A stretch of 64,000 nucleotides of DNA from a virus. Both the position numbers and the translations under genes were made by a program. The stretch's first letter is position 1. Every line of letters begins with the position of its first letter. The notes beneath the pieces were generated by a model. The model was not told the origin of the DNA and did no database searches. It saw nothing but the letters and a program-made list of their open reading frames with translations. This document shows, in pieces, positions 27,377 through 36,976 of the stretch. The stretch spans positions 83,637 to 147,636 of IMG/VR virus record IMGVR_UViG_3300024264_000006. One strand, given 5' to 3'.

Positions 27377-28314
27377 TATTTAATCTCCACGTTTGCCATG
27401 ACCTCAGTCATGCAAGCTACTAGGTTAAGTTCATGGTCAGCAACAAACGCATTCTTGTATTGATAATCAGCGAGGATCAACACGAGTTGTGGAATTGATT
27501 GTGGTTGTACATGGTCTTGCATTACGTCATAGATGCCACGGAATACCGTTGCTGGTTCTACGTCCATGTTGTTGACCACCCAACTACGCATCTTCTTGAA
27601 GTCCTTGTCTTTGAGAGACTTGAAAAGAACATTGTAGTTATCATTTGCGTCATTCAAGATAACGCCGGTTTCTAATTGACCACCAATGGAGTGACGTTGT
27701 AACTCATTGAGTACACGCCTCCAGTCAGGTGAGTAACGCATGATTAGCTGTGCGAGTGTATCCTTGTTATAATTCACCCCCTCGGCAACAAGGATACTAC
27801 TCGCACGCTCCATGAATTGTGCACACAAACCTGCCTGCACTTTCTTGTTAAAGTTAAACTCATAATTAGAACAACGAGAATGTAGTGGTTCAATCACACG
27901 ATTCTTGAAGTTACAAGTTAAAATGAATCGACAGTTCTGAGAGAACTCTTCGATAAACCCACGCAAGGCGGGTTGAGTTGATTGGGGATTAAGGTAGTCC
28001 GCTTCGTCTAGAATGACTACTTTGTAGCCCCCTGAGAGAGAGATAGACGAAGCGAACTGTTTGATCTTGCCACGTAACGTGTCGATGTTACCCTCTTCAG
28101 ACCCATTAATGACAATGTAGTCAAGTCCAAGGGTGTCACAGATCGCACGAGCGACTGTTGTTTTACCAGTACCAGCAGTACCAGAAAAAAGCATGTTAGG
28201 AATCTCACCGCCATTTACAATCTTTCGAAAGGTGTCTTTCAGTGTATCGGGGAGAATTGTATCCTCGACAGTGCGAGGGCGATACTTCTCGACCCATAAA
28301 AATTCATCACGCAT
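27376..28314 (-). CDS. gp44: Clamp loader large subunit (gp44)
   Basis: LWVEKYRP, GTAGTGKT, ILDEAD, SRC. Confidence 0.96.
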   Translation of the reverse strand: MRDEFLWVEKYRPRTVEDTILPDTLKDTFRKIVNGGEIPNMLFSGTAGTGKTTVARAICDTLGLDYIVINGSEEGNIDTLRGKIKQFASSISLSGGYKVVILDEADYLNPQSTQPALRGFIEEFSQNCRFILTCNFKNRVIEPLHSRCSNYEFNFNKKVQAGLCAQFMERASSILVAEGVNYNKDTLAQLIMRYSPDWRRVLNELQRHSIGGQLETGVILNDANDNYNVLFKSLKDKDFKKMRSWVVNNMDVEPATVFRGIYDVMQDHVQPQSIPQLVLILADYQYKNAFVADHELNLVACMTEVMANVEIK

Positions 28315-28327
28315 AATATAAACTCCA

Positions 28328-28555
28328 TCATTTAATTTTTGATTTTTCAGTTAGGTATCTTACCACATATATACGGGTGAAGGCAATACAAAAGAATCCG
28401 ATAGTAGAAATTGTTGCAAACTTTACTGGATCGGTGATACCCCATTCATGTATAAAAAGCCAAGCAAAGAAGATACTCACGGGGTAGTTTATTACTGTCC
28501 CCATGAATACATGTATCGACGTTTCCTTGGCAATTGCCTTATCCCAGAACTCCAC
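28328..28555 (-). CDS. Small two-TM membrane protein
   Basis: Two hydrophobic helices. Confidence 0.65.
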   Translation of the reverse strand: MEFWDKAIAKETSIHVFMGTVINYPVSIFFAWLFIHEWGITDPVKFATISTIGFFCIAFTRIYVVRYLTEKSKIK

Positions 28556-28556
28556 T

Positions 28557-28832
28557 CTATAGAAGTTTTGAGATGATCTCTGCCTTTTTCATACGAGCAG
28601 ATACTAGAACGTCTTTGGATTCTGCGAGGGCAATCAATTCCTTCTTGGTCATTCCGTTAAGGTCATGAGCTTCCTCAATCTCGTCACGAACTTTATCCAT
28701 TTCGGTTTTGATAACACCAGCGTCATCCATAACGGTAATGCTAGGTGTCTTATTCATAAGATACACAGCACCAACCAAAGCGACTAGTAAACCTAGTCCG
28801 ATCAATAGTTCTAATTCCATAATTTCCTCCAA
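28557..28832 (-). CDS. Membrane-anchored protein with Rho-N/HeH-like C-terminus
   Basis: N-terminal TM; LNGMTKKELIALA...MKKAEIISKL. Confidence 0.6.
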   Translation of the reverse strand: MEEIMELELLIGLGLLVALVGAVYLMNKTPSITVMDDAGVIKTEMDKVRDEIEEAHDLNGMTKKELIALAESKDVLVSARMKKAEIISKLL

Positions 28833-28835
28833 CGG

Positions 28836-29441
28836 TTATTTAGAATTACGATCAACATAAAAAATATGTCGATCAATTTTGGTAACCATCTCAAAAGATG
28901 GCGCCCAATACGGTGTTACATAATCCGCATGATAGTACAAACTACCCTCAGTTATGTCCACAGTATCTAGGTACAGAATATCTGTAACTAAATCTAGTAT
29001 AGAATGGTAAGTACGAACATCAACGGGAATGTCACTCTTCCCATCACACCACCAACTAAAGTGGCATTGGTTCAATACAGGTACTACATTACCCTTCCAG
29101 TTAATTCTCGTTTTTCCGTGTTGTATCACTTCACATATAGTGTTGGGATACTGAGTACTCTTAACACGATTCATTACTACTTGAGCTACTGCAACTTGAC
29201 CAGCTACACTTTCACTACGAGCTTCGTAGTATGAGTTTAGTGCAAGACATTCAATATCTCTTTCTGAGTATAAGAGTTTTTCTTGTAACGGTTCTGGTGG
29301 GCCTACTAATTCAATTTCAATCGGGACTACAACAGGATCAGGTTCTACAGTTTCTTGTTTTGGATACAAGAAGAGTCCCATGAGAAGACCAAAGGATAAG
29401 ACGATCCCTACCCATAATTGCCAACATACTTGAACCCTCAT
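28836..29441 (-). CDS. SleB/Hydrolase_2 cell-wall hydrolase with N-terminal TM
   Basis: CLALNSYYEAR, VAQVVMNRV, CHFSWWCDG, YYHADYVTPYW. Confidence 0.9.
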   Translation of the reverse strand: MRVQVCWQLWVGIVLSFGLLMGLFLYPKQETVEPDPVVVPIEIELVGPPEPLQEKLLYSERDIECLALNSYYEARSESVAGQVAVAQVVMNRVKSTQYPNTICEVIQHGKTRINWKGNVVPVLNQCHFSWWCDGKSDIPVDVRTYHSILDLVTDILYLDTVDITEGSLYYHADYVTPYWAPSFEMVTKIDRHIFYVDRNSK

Positions 29442-29911
29442 GATGCCTCATCAAACTTATAGTATGAAACGATCTCGTCCATCTGTTCGAATGTAATGAG
29501 ACGTTGATTAGAACAACCATCTTCGGTCTGAGACCAAGAACGCTCACCATAAGGCGTAGCTTCCATGTCGTACTTACGTGCAACAGACTTACACAGAAGT
29601 TCGTCACGGTCAGACAACTTAATGCAGTAGATGGGAGATTCCCAGTGCTCTACATGATCCGACTCTTTGAAGTCGATCTCGTCTATGAGATCACCCAAAC
29701 CAAGAATGAACTCTTCTGAGTAGTCAGACTTGTGCTCAATGCACTTCTGTACCGACTCATAGAAAGCCACGTCTTGCGCTTCCTGAAGATTCACCTCAAC
29801 GATGTAGGTGCTACCACCCTTACACTTCCAGTACTGCGGGCATTCACCCTTACCGTCCCAATCATGGGCACCATAGTTCTCTCTGAACTGAGTTTGAATA
29901 ACTAATTTCAT
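29438..29911 (-). CDS. Hypothetical early protein
   Basis: ENYGAHDWDGKGECPQYWK motif; coupled to the upstream ORF. Confidence 0.75.
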   Translation of the reverse strand: MKLVIQTQFRENYGAHDWDGKGECPQYWKCKGGSTYIVEVNLQEAQDVAFYESVQKCIEHKSDYSEEFILGLGDLIDEIDFKESDHVEHWESPIYCIKLSDRDELLCKSVARKYDMEATPYGERSWSQTEDGCSNQRLITFEQMDEIVSYYKFDEAS

Positions 29912-30204
29912 TAACACTTTCCTCCATAACCTAAAGCTCTCATTGCACCCACCGGATGCTCTGCAGCTGCCAACTCAAGATACTGTTCAACAGTTACATT
30001 CTTCACCAAGAAGTTAACCCACGCCTTCCAAGGCTTATAGTTCCCATACTTGAATCTCGCAATGAATTCAGGTCTGGGTTTACCAATCCAAGATGGGTGA
30101 CAGTCAGGTCTGACCTCTTCCATGTTCTTAGAACCAGTATGTTTACCTCTATACATGAGATACATACCGTCCCAAGTGAATTGTTCTTTATCAAATTTCG
30201 TCAT
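29911..30204 (-). CDS. Hypothetical early protein
   Basis: Follows the repeated early promoter and leader. Confidence 0.75.
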   Translation of the reverse strand: MTKFDKEQFTWDGMYLMYRGKHTGSKNMEEVRPDCHPSWIGKPRPEFIARFKYGNYKPWKAWVNFLVKNVTVEQYLELAAAEHPVGAMRALGYGGKC

Positions 30205-30317
30205 AATTTACCTCTCTCATCAATTTATGTACCCATTATAGGACATTCTTGTTCTAAAGGCAAGCGTTTTTCGAAAAAAAGTTAAAGTTTTTTTAGATCA
30301 TTTTGTTATAAGGATAT
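30202..30317 (-). repeat. Dispersed early-promoter element (TTGCCT-N17-TATAAT) homologous to 1241-1310 and 1554-1609
   Basis: 26 bp CATAATTTACCTCTCTCATCAATTTA identical at 1241 and 30202; ATTTTGTTATAAGGATAT shared with 1592-1609. Confidence 0.85.
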
Positions 30318-30318
30318 G

Positions 30319-30501
30319 CTATTCTGATATATCTTCGATCTTGACTACTGTGGATTTTAGAATATCTTCCCATGTTCCATCGGAACACTTCATTATCCAT
30401 CTGTCGTTGTCCGGACTTCTGTTCATGTTAGTGGGTAGAATTCCTTCTCTCACCAATATGACCTCAGGCTTCTTCCAGTGTTTGTACGTTATCTTTTTCA
30501 T
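30319..30501 (-). CDS. Small hypothetical protein
   Basis: ORF fills the gap. Confidence 0.6.
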   Translation of the reverse strand: MKKITYKHWKKPEVILVREGILPTNMNRSPDNDRWIMKCSDGTWEDILKSTVVKIEDISE

Positions 30502-30508
30502 TCACGTC

Positions 30509-31060
30509 CTATGTGTAATGAAGACAAGTCATCATGATGTATTTATCATGATTCGTCGGTTCCAATCCAGCATGTGGAAACATCCAGTTTGGTGGAAAGA
30601 TAACTACTCTACCTCGTTTAGCCTCGACCTTCATACCAATAGTAGGGAATACTGTCGCACCATCATTATCGTTTAAATACACAATAGCGACAGCGTATCT
30701 TCTAGCGGTTGCATGGTCAACGACATCTACATGAGTCTTGAACTGTTCACCACTATTCTTTTTATACTTCTTGATCCTTAAAGCTTCGACGCTTGGTTTA
30801 TCCAAGTGTACATAATCAGAACATTCTAACTCTTCGAAGTAGTCTTGATACCTTGGAATTAAAGTCCGATAAATGGGATCAGCAACATCCTTTATAGTAG
30901 GTGTAGTGTTGATCTCCAGTTGATTAAAAATATAACCATCGGTCTTGTGCGTTTGCACGTGGTTAAGGTTTTCTTTGTAAGCAAGGATAAGGTCTTCACA
31001 AACTTCCTTTGGAAAGACCTCATCGTAAACTTTTATGTAGTCGGTAAGACTATGCGCCAT
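30509..31060 (-). CDS. 2OG-Fe(II) oxygenase (prolyl-4-hydroxylase-like)
   Basis: HVD...VYLND...G.TVF...FPPNWMFPH...K. Confidence 0.85.
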   Translation of the reverse strand: MAHSLTDYIKVYDEVFPKEVCEDLILAYKENLNHVQTHKTDGYIFNQLEINTTPTIKDVADPIYRTLIPRYQDYFEELECSDYVHLDKPSVEALRIKKYKKNSGEQFKTHVDVVDHATARRYAVAIVYLNDNDGATVFPTIGMKVEAKRGRVVIFPPNWMFPHAGLEPTNHDKYIMMTCLHYT

Positions 31061-31478
31061 CGTGATTTAAATCTATGAGTGGATTGCCAATATGGCCATC
31101 TGTTGGATGTTTTTCCAGTGCACGTCCTTGTGTTCTTCGGACAATATCATCTCCGTCAAACTCAGACCAATACAACTCAAATGCAACACCATCGGTAACA
31201 CCGACGAATTGATGCCACTTGCCAGGTTCTACTTTATAGTACTCACCGGCCTTGAGAACGGTTTGGTCACAAATGACAGGTCTACTGTCGTTTGGTTCTT
31301 CATTATCTGGCCATGTTCTAATTAACATTCTACCAGACTCAACAAAGAAACCATTCCACTTAGTTTTGTGGTAATGTTCTGAACAACAGTGATTCGCCTT
31401 GAATTCAATTCTATGAAATTCAAACGAAGACGTATGTTCAATAAGTTCTGTATGTCCCCATACTTTCCCTGATTTCAT
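31050..31478 (-). CDS. Cupin-fold protein
   Basis: CSEHYHKTK...VEPGKWHQF. Confidence 0.7.
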   Translation of the reverse strand: MKSGKVWGHTELIEHTSSFEFHRIEFKANHCCSEHYHKTKWNGFFVESGRMLIRTWPDNEEPNDSRPVICDQTVLKAGEYYKVEPGKWHQFVGVTDGVAFELYWSEFDGDDIVRRTQGRALEKHPTDGHIGNPLIDLNHDGA

Positions 31479-31497
31479 ATCATGTCCCTTTTAAAAT

Positions 31498-31571
31498 TGG
31501 AGCGGAGTGGTGGAATCGAACCACCCTCTGAAGGTTGGAAACCTTCGGTAATACCACTATACGAACTCCGC
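31498..31571 (-). tRNA. tRNA-Gly (TCC)
   Basis: Cloverleaf; anticodon arm GAAGG-TTTCCAA-CCTTC; TTCGATT; encoded CCA. Confidence 0.95.
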
Positions 31572-31581
31572 ATTAAAATGT

Positions 31582-31658
31582 TGGCACGCCTGACAGGAAT
31601 CGAACCTGTAACCTACAGCTTAGAAGGCTGTTGCTCTATCCTATTGAGCTACAGGCGC
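31582..31658 (-). tRNA. tRNA-Arg (TCT)
   Basis: Cloverleaf; ACAGC-CTTCTAA-GCTGT; TTCGATT; encoded CCA. Confidence 0.95.
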
Positions 31659-31665
31659 ACTGATA

Positions 31666-31899
31666 TTACTCAGTGTCGCCAGCCTCTTCAGATTGAAAAC
31701 CTTCAGCAAGTTGAACAAACTGCATTGCTTGATCACGCAATTGTCCAATAGTAGAAAGTTCCTCGCCTTTGAAACCACCACGTTGTACTACAGTATCAAT
31801 AACTGCAATAGTAGATCGTGATACACGGTTTCCGAGTTCATATGCCTGAGAGTGGTCTTGTGCTGTCTCAGTCGTTACAGCTTCGTTTGCTTTTGCCAT
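31666..31899 (-). CDS. Small helical hypothetical protein downstream of gp45
   Basis: IDTVVQRGGFKGEELSTIGQLR motif; GGAG SD. Confidence 0.7.
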   Translation of the reverse strand: MAKANEAVTTETAQDHSQAYELGNRVSRSTIAVIDTVVQRGGFKGEELSTIGQLRDQAMQFVQLAEGFQSEEAGDTE

Positions 31900-31901
31900 C
31901 G

Positions 31902-32588
31902 TTATACTCCAAATGTTGATGATTTTTCAAGTGCAATAAAATACTCAATGTCAGATTGTACAGACTTGAACTGAGAGATCAACTTCTTAGAGATGTTGAC
32001 TTCAAAGTCCTCGTTGACAATCTTGAGATTGTTCACATTCAATACGAAGTTGAAATCAACTTCATTGTCATACGAACCATCTACGTCAATAGTAAACGCA
32101 TTTGACGTTGCATCCTTAGTATCTAGTACAGAGATTTGAATCGATCCATTATTTGGACGGATACTAATCTCGTTATGTCCTAGTGCCTGAGCTGCACGTT
32201 TAATGCGTCCCAACGTACCATTATCTAGTACGAATTTAACTTCGAATTCCGGTAAGTTTATATCCTTAGACGGAGAAGTTAACATGTCCGGATCAGAGTA
32301 AAAATACTTGACCTTAGAACGTCCAGTAGCATCACCCACAACAACATAATCTTTCTCAAATGAAAGAACAGGTTTATCAACCAGACCTAAAACATTTAAG
32401 AATTCATTGAGATCGTAGATGCCGAACCCTGCTGGAAATTGTTCTGACACAGTAGTACGTGAAAACACGTTACGTGCGACAGATACGGTTCGAACATTGC
32501 TGCCTTCTTCGAAGACGATGTTCGGGTTAATGTTTGCATAGTTCTTAAGAACTGCGAGAGTACGATCAGATAATTCCATAATATTCAC
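31902..32588 (-). CDS. gp45: Sliding clamp (gp45)
   Basis: LKNYANIN, FGIYDLNEFL, YFIALE. Confidence 0.93.
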   Translation of the reverse strand: MNIMELSDRTLAVLKNYANINPNIVFEEGSNVRTVSVARNVFSRTTVSEQFPAGFGIYDLNEFLNVLGLVDKPVLSFEKDYVVVGDATGRSKVKYFYSDPDMLTSPSKDINLPEFEVKFVLDNGTLGRIKRAAQALGHNEISIRPNNGSIQISVLDTKDATSNAFTIDVDGSYDNEVDFNFVLNVNNLKIVNEDFEVNISKKLISQFKSVQSDIEYFIALEKSSTFGV

Positions 32589-32615
32589 CTTTTTGTTTAT
32601 TTACAAATTACGCAT

Positions 32616-32644
32616 ATGATAACACAATAGACCCTTTGTGTCAA
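32616..32644 (-). promoter_or_regulatory. sigma70 promoter TTGACA-N17-TATCAT for gp45
   Basis: Sequence and position. Confidence 0.7.
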
Positions 32645-34365
32645 GCCGCTTCTTTTATTTTACTAAAGTTTTTTTCTTTGACGAACTCAATTCGACGTTG
32701 GAAAGCCGCATCTTCTAGTTCCGCCTTATGAGAAATCACAAACACATTAGTCTCTTCACCAAGTGTGTGTATGATCTTCATCAGGTTGTCCACCCCATCA
32801 TCATCCAGAGATGAATCAAATGTCTCATCAAGGATTAGTAGGTTGGTTGCAACACTGTTCTTCATCTTTGCAATCTGTCTCCATGTAAACAGTAGGGACA
32901 AATCAATACGTTGTTTCTCACCCTCAGAGAATGAGTCATACGAAAAGTTGTCACGGAACCTTGATCGGATAGTCTCATTGAAACTCTCATCCAAATCAAA
33001 GTGTACAAAGAAATCTAGAATCTGTAAGTACTGATTAGTCAGTTGGTTGATGACCGGAAGGTACTGTTTAATAATCTTGGTCTTGATACCAGTGTCACGA
33101 AGTAACTCCGAACTCACCTGTTGGTAAGAATAGTTTTCGTGTAGTTTATATTTCTGATCCTGTTTGGTATCTAATTCTTTATTCAGTCTCATTAGATCGT
33201 CGTTGGCTTCTGCGAGATCACCAGTGTTCTCTGCCATACTCTCTATCTCATTGCGGATACGATCTATGTTACGATTGATTCGTGTGATCGTTTGGTTGTT
33301 GTTGTTTACCACGTTTTGTAATTCGTTGACATCAGTCAACTCCGTGTTTAACTCTTTAAGTTGTGCCTCAAACTCTTCCATCTTACTATGAGATTCGTTC
33401 ATGACATCATTAAGTTCTTTTGCACGTGTCTGTGCATCGGTCTTCTTGGTATCACGTAAGTCCTCATCGATGTCTTGATCGCACGTAGGACATATAGCAT
33501 TGTCCTCAAAGAACTTGGCCTGTTTGACCACAGACTTAATCTCACTCTTAAACGAAGACTGATAGTTGAGTAACTTCTCACGTGACGTGGCGACTTTTTC
33601 TAGTTTCTTCGACAGGTCTTGTTGACGTGTCGTTGCGGTAGACATATTCTCAGTGTTGAAGTCTTGGAGTTCCGCAATCTCCGTGAGTAATACGGTGATC
33701 TCAGATTCTTTCTCCTTACGGTGTGCAGTGTTTAAGGCTGATAAGTCCCGCAAGTATTTCTTCTGTGAATTGATCTTAGTCTTGACAACTTCTATCTTAT
33801 GTGAGTTGTCCTTGATGTCCTCTTTAAGTATAGACATTTTTTCTTTTAATAAGGCATTCATCTTACTGAACATGTTGATGTCAAGTAAGTCTTCGATAAC
33901 CTCACGCCTTGCACCACTACCCAATTGCATAAACGGTACAAAAGAACTTGATCCAAGAACAACAATTTGATGAAACGACTTGTGAGTCAACTTCAGAATG
34001 TTGCGTTCTAGAATCTGTTGATATTCTTTTGCATGAGAGTTCTGATTAATCATGTTGTCATTGGCCCATATCTCAAACACGTTAGGTTTGATACCACGGA
34101 CAATTTTATAATTAACCCCATTAACAGAAAAAAGAACCTCGACCAGTGTGCCTTTCTGATTGACAGAATTGACTAACTGAGACTTGGATATCTTACGATG
34201 GGACTTACCAAAGAGTCCAAACGACAAAGCGTCCAACATCGTAGACTTGCCTGCACCATTGTCTCCCACCACCAACGTGGTAGGTTTTTGGGTCAGGTCA
34301 ATCTCTGTAAAGTTGTTACCAGTGGATAGAAAGTTCTTCCACCTAATCTTCTCAAATTTGATCAT
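32641..34365 (-). CDS. gp46: Rad50/SbcC-like recombination ATPase (gp46)
   Basis: GDNGAGKS, CPTC hook, FSEGEK, LDETFDSSLD. Confidence 0.96.
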   Translation of the reverse strand: MIKFEKIRWKNFLSTGNNFTEIDLTQKPTTLVVGDNGAGKSTMLDALSFGLFGKSHRKISKSQLVNSVNQKGTLVEVLFSVNGVNYKIVRGIKPNVFEIWANDNMINQNSHAKEYQQILERNILKLTHKSFHQIVVLGSSSFVPFMQLGSGARREVIEDLLDINMFSKMNALLKEKMSILKEDIKDNSHKIEVVKTKINSQKKYLRDLSALNTAHRKEKESEITVLLTEIAELQDFNTENMSTATTRQQDLSKKLEKVATSREKLLNYQSSFKSEIKSVVKQAKFFEDNAICPTCDQDIDEDLRDTKKTDAQTRAKELNDVMNESHSKMEEFEAQLKELNTELTDVNELQNVVNNNNQTITRINRNIDRIRNEIESMAENTGDLAEANDDLMRLNKELDTKQDQKYKLHENYSYQQVSSELLRDTGIKTKIIKQYLPVINQLTNQYLQILDFFVHFDLDESFNETIRSRFRDNFSYDSFSEGEKQRIDLSLLFTWRQIAKMKNSVATNLLILDETFDSSLDDDGVDNLMKIIHTLGEETNVFVISHKAELEDAAFQRRIEFVKEKNFSKIKEAA

Positions 34366-34372
34366 AGCGAGT

Positions 34373-34402
34373 ATGTTACCATATTTTATTCATCGTTGTC
34401 AA
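34373..34402 (-). promoter_or_regulatory. sigma70 promoter TTGACA-N18-TAACAT for gp46
   Basis: Ends 7 nt before ATG 34365. Confidence 0.6.
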
Positions 34403-34640
34403 GCTCAAAGTCTTCTTCCATTTTACCACACCAATTACATGGGAAATCTTTTTCTACACCCATCAAGGCATCTTCTACCTTACAGTAGTGTTCCCAAAAT
34501 CCCTTGGGGGCATTGAATCCATCATTAAAACCTAGTCCCACATCCTTCTCCTTTCGAAAAATTTTGTCGTAGTTATCACGATACTTTTCACTTGTTTTAG
34601 AAACAATAGCATCACCAGTAATGTCGTTTTTTGCAGCCAT
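34386..34640 (-). CDS. Small hypothetical protein with C-terminal HxC...CxxC
   Basis: KNDITGD motif; possible Zn site. Confidence 0.65.
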   Translation of the reverse strand: MAAKNDITGDAIVSKTSEKYRDNYDKIFRKEKDVGLGFNDGFNAPKGFWEHYCKVEDALMGVEKDFPCNWCGKMEEDFELDNDE

Positions 34641-35704
34641 TACATTACCTCCAGTTGTTGCGCCTCAACCATGAGGGTAGAGATTTCTTGTTTGATTCGA
34701 GCTTTGTCTAGGTCAGTTTGTACTGCATCAATATAGTCCATGACTAGAGTCTCTGTGTCTTCTACAGAAACGGCTTGGTCATCTACACTAGAACCTAAGA
34801 AGTCTTTGAAGTCTTCTACAATCTTCAGTTCATGTATGTTACAGTTCTGTACACGATCAACGAAACGTTCAAACTCATATGCATCACCCTTGTTAACAAC
34901 AACGATCTTAACGAACTTGTTGTCTAGGTATCGCATGTCCTTGAACTTGAAGTTACCCATCTGTTCATGATCATAATAAATCTTCTCGTAGATTTTGATA
35001 GGATTTTGTACAGGTGTCAGTTCTCTTGTTTCAGTATCAAGAATATGGAAGTACTTATTATCACCACAGTCGTTCCAAAAGAACTCCATCTGTGCACCAA
35101 GGTAATGTATGTTATCCTTACTAGACCTTGTGTGGAAGTGTCCGGTCAGAACCATATCAAAGTTCTCAAAGTGTTTTGGTGACATACCATCATGACAGAA
35201 CAAACCACGATCCATCTCAAATCCAGCCAACTCTAAGTGTGCGCCAACCACGGACGCCTTGCATGACTTAAGGAATTCTAAAGTGTCACTTTCGTTTTCC
35301 TGATTTATCCAAGGAACCAAGGCAACATCTAGTTCACCATACTTGACAACCTTTGGTTCCATAACAAGATTCACTTCGTTCATGTAGTGACCCTGTAGTT
35401 CCTTCAGTGCGTTAAGTTCGTTAGTGTTCTTGAAATAAGTGTCATGGTTGCCAGGAATAATGTCCATAGTGATACCATATTGACGCAACCTCTCTAAAAA
35501 GATTTTACGGTTGTGACTCAAGGCCTTGAAGTTGATTGTCTTACGGTTGTCGTAGTAATCACCAAGGTGTAGTATGTGTTTGATGTCATTCTCTAACAAA
35601 TATGGAAAGAACACGTCCCGATAGAAACGTTCCTGATAGTCCATAAAAATGTCAGACGAATTACGACACCCACAGTGAGTGTCATTAAGTATTGCTATCT
35701 TCAT
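34640..35704 (-). CDS. gp47: Mre11/SbcD-like nuclease (gp47)
   Basis: DTH, GDYYD, GNHD, GHFH. Confidence 0.95.
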   Translation of the reverse strand: MKIAILNDTHCGCRNSSDIFMDYQERFYRDVFFPYLLENDIKHILHLGDYYDNRKTINFKALSHNRKIFLERLRQYGITMDIIPGNHDTYFKNTNELNALKELQGHYMNEVNLVMEPKVVKYGELDVALVPWINQENESDTLEFLKSCKASVVGAHLELAGFEMDRGLFCHDGMSPKHFENFDMVLTGHFHTRSSKDNIHYLGAQMEFFWNDCGDNKYFHILDTETRELTPVQNPIKIYEKIYYDHEQMGNFKFKDMRYLDNKFVKIVVVNKGDAYEFERFVDRVQNCNIHELKIVEDFKDFLGSSVDDQAVSVEDTETLVMDYIDAVQTDLDKARIKQEISTLMVEAQQLEVM

Positions 35705-35734
35705 AAATTAAACCGAATTTATATAAATGCACCC

Positions 35735-35763
35735 ATGATACCAGATGCGGAAGGAGTTGTCAA
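35735..35763 (-). promoter_or_regulatory. sigma70 promoter TTGACA-N17-TATCAT for gp47
   Basis: Sequence and position. Confidence 0.7.
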
Positions 35764-36317
35764 GCCCTTTCTAAATTACCTGAAACAGTGACACGAAGTT
35801 CATCACTAGTGTAAAATGGATAGACACAATGTTTTAGTTTAGATGGAAACATAAACATCTTATTGTTATACAACTTGTCTACCGGAATAAATTTCTCACA
35901 CAGATCACCATACATGTTGGCAAACTGAAAAGAAAAGTGTCCAGAACAAGATGCACTAGTGTCCGGATACATGTTAAGTTCGTCCTCAATATCATACGGG
36001 ACATCCACAAACATTACAAATGATAGATCGCCTCCGTGTCGGTGTGGCGGATTGAACTCATGTTTAGCCATAAGGTTAACCCACAAGTCCACCATGTTCC
36101 ACTTACCTTTTTGCCACCCGTGGGCGGTCTGTTCCACGTAGTTCCTAACATTACTACGGCAACTTTCTAGTAGATACTCTCGTTTTATATTACCCGCAAG
36201 TGCACTGTTATAAGGTTTTAAATCTTCGTAGTGTGCGGATTCCAATTTGACTGCATTCATTACATCCTTGGGAACAACAGTCTCTACATATTCACTATCA
36301 ACTAGGGTCTTTATCAT
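35760..36317 (-). CDS. 2OG-Fe(II) oxygenase-like protein
   Basis: WVN...FNPPHRH...LSFV...FPSKLKHCVYPF...RVTVSGN. Confidence 0.8.
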   Translation of the reverse strand: MIKTLVDSEYVETVVPKDVMNAVKLESAHYEDLKPYNSALAGNIKREYLLESCRSNVRNYVEQTAHGWQKGKWNMVDLWVNLMAKHEFNPPHRHGGDLSFVMFVDVPYDIEDELNMYPDTSASCSGHFSFQFANMYGDLCEKFIPVDKLYNNKMFMFPSKLKHCVYPFYTSDELRVTVSGNLERA

Positions 36318-36924
36318 CTACTAAAAAATCCGTTAGGTCTGAGTCTACTTTGACAGTTCTGCGTTTGCGCTTCTTCTGTTCATTTACATATTCTTTGAAT
36401 TCCGCATCAGCACCTTTCACTTGATCAATGCGATAACGTAAAGTTTCTACGAATGGAATAATATTAGAGTAATCTCTTTCCTGATTGCTAGCATGACCAT
36501 CAAGGAATGACTCTACACCAGCTTCAGTGATATACTTCATCTTGATGTCTTGTTGTTTCTTTTCCTTCTGTATCCTACGCAAGAATGCATACCATGATAT
36601 CTGTGTAAAGTAAGCAAACGCATTGGGTAGTCCGGTACGTGTTGCAGTCTTGATATCATAGTTCTCAATTGCCTTGAGACAGTTCTCTACCGCATCCATC
36701 ACCATCTCTTCACGATAAGTGTACCGGACGAAGTTTGCTTTATGGGATAACCCCTGACAAATCTTCAGAAAACATTCTGCGATATAGTTTGGCACAACAG
36801 GTTTGGGGTCTCCTTTCTTTTCACACCATTCTACTCGTTGACAGTATTCAACAACAGCTTCAGAAAATTGTCTGTTGTTAACGTAATGTGGTTTATCTTT
36901 TGGTTTGATTTTTTGCTTAGTCAC
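36298..36924 (-). CDS. gp55: Late-transcription sigma factor (gp55)
   Basis: HYVNN, NFVRYTYREEM, NAFAYFTQI..AFLRRIQKEKKQ. Confidence 0.95.
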   Translation of the reverse strand: MTKQKIKPKDKPHYVNNRQFSEAVVEYCQRVEWCEKKGDPKPVVPNYIAECFLKICQGLSHKANFVRYTYREEMVMDAVENCLKAIENYDIKTATRTGLPNAFAYFTQISWYAFLRRIQKEKKQQDIKMKYITEAGVESFLDGHASNQERDYSNIIPFVETLRYRIDQVKGADAEFKEYVNEQKKRKRRTVKVDSDLTDFLVDDKDPS

Positions 36925-36946
36925 AAAGTACTCCTAAATTTCACGT

Positions 36947-36976
36947 ATTATACCTTATTGGGGGTAGGTATGGCAA
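36947..36976 (-). promoter_or_regulatory. sigma70 promoter TTGCCA-N18-TATAAT for gp55
   Basis: Overlaps the 3' end of the cytidylyltransferase gene. Confidence 0.65.

Noticed and set aside
31482-31751. 89-aa plus-strand ORF
   Set aside because: Antisense reading of the two tRNA genes
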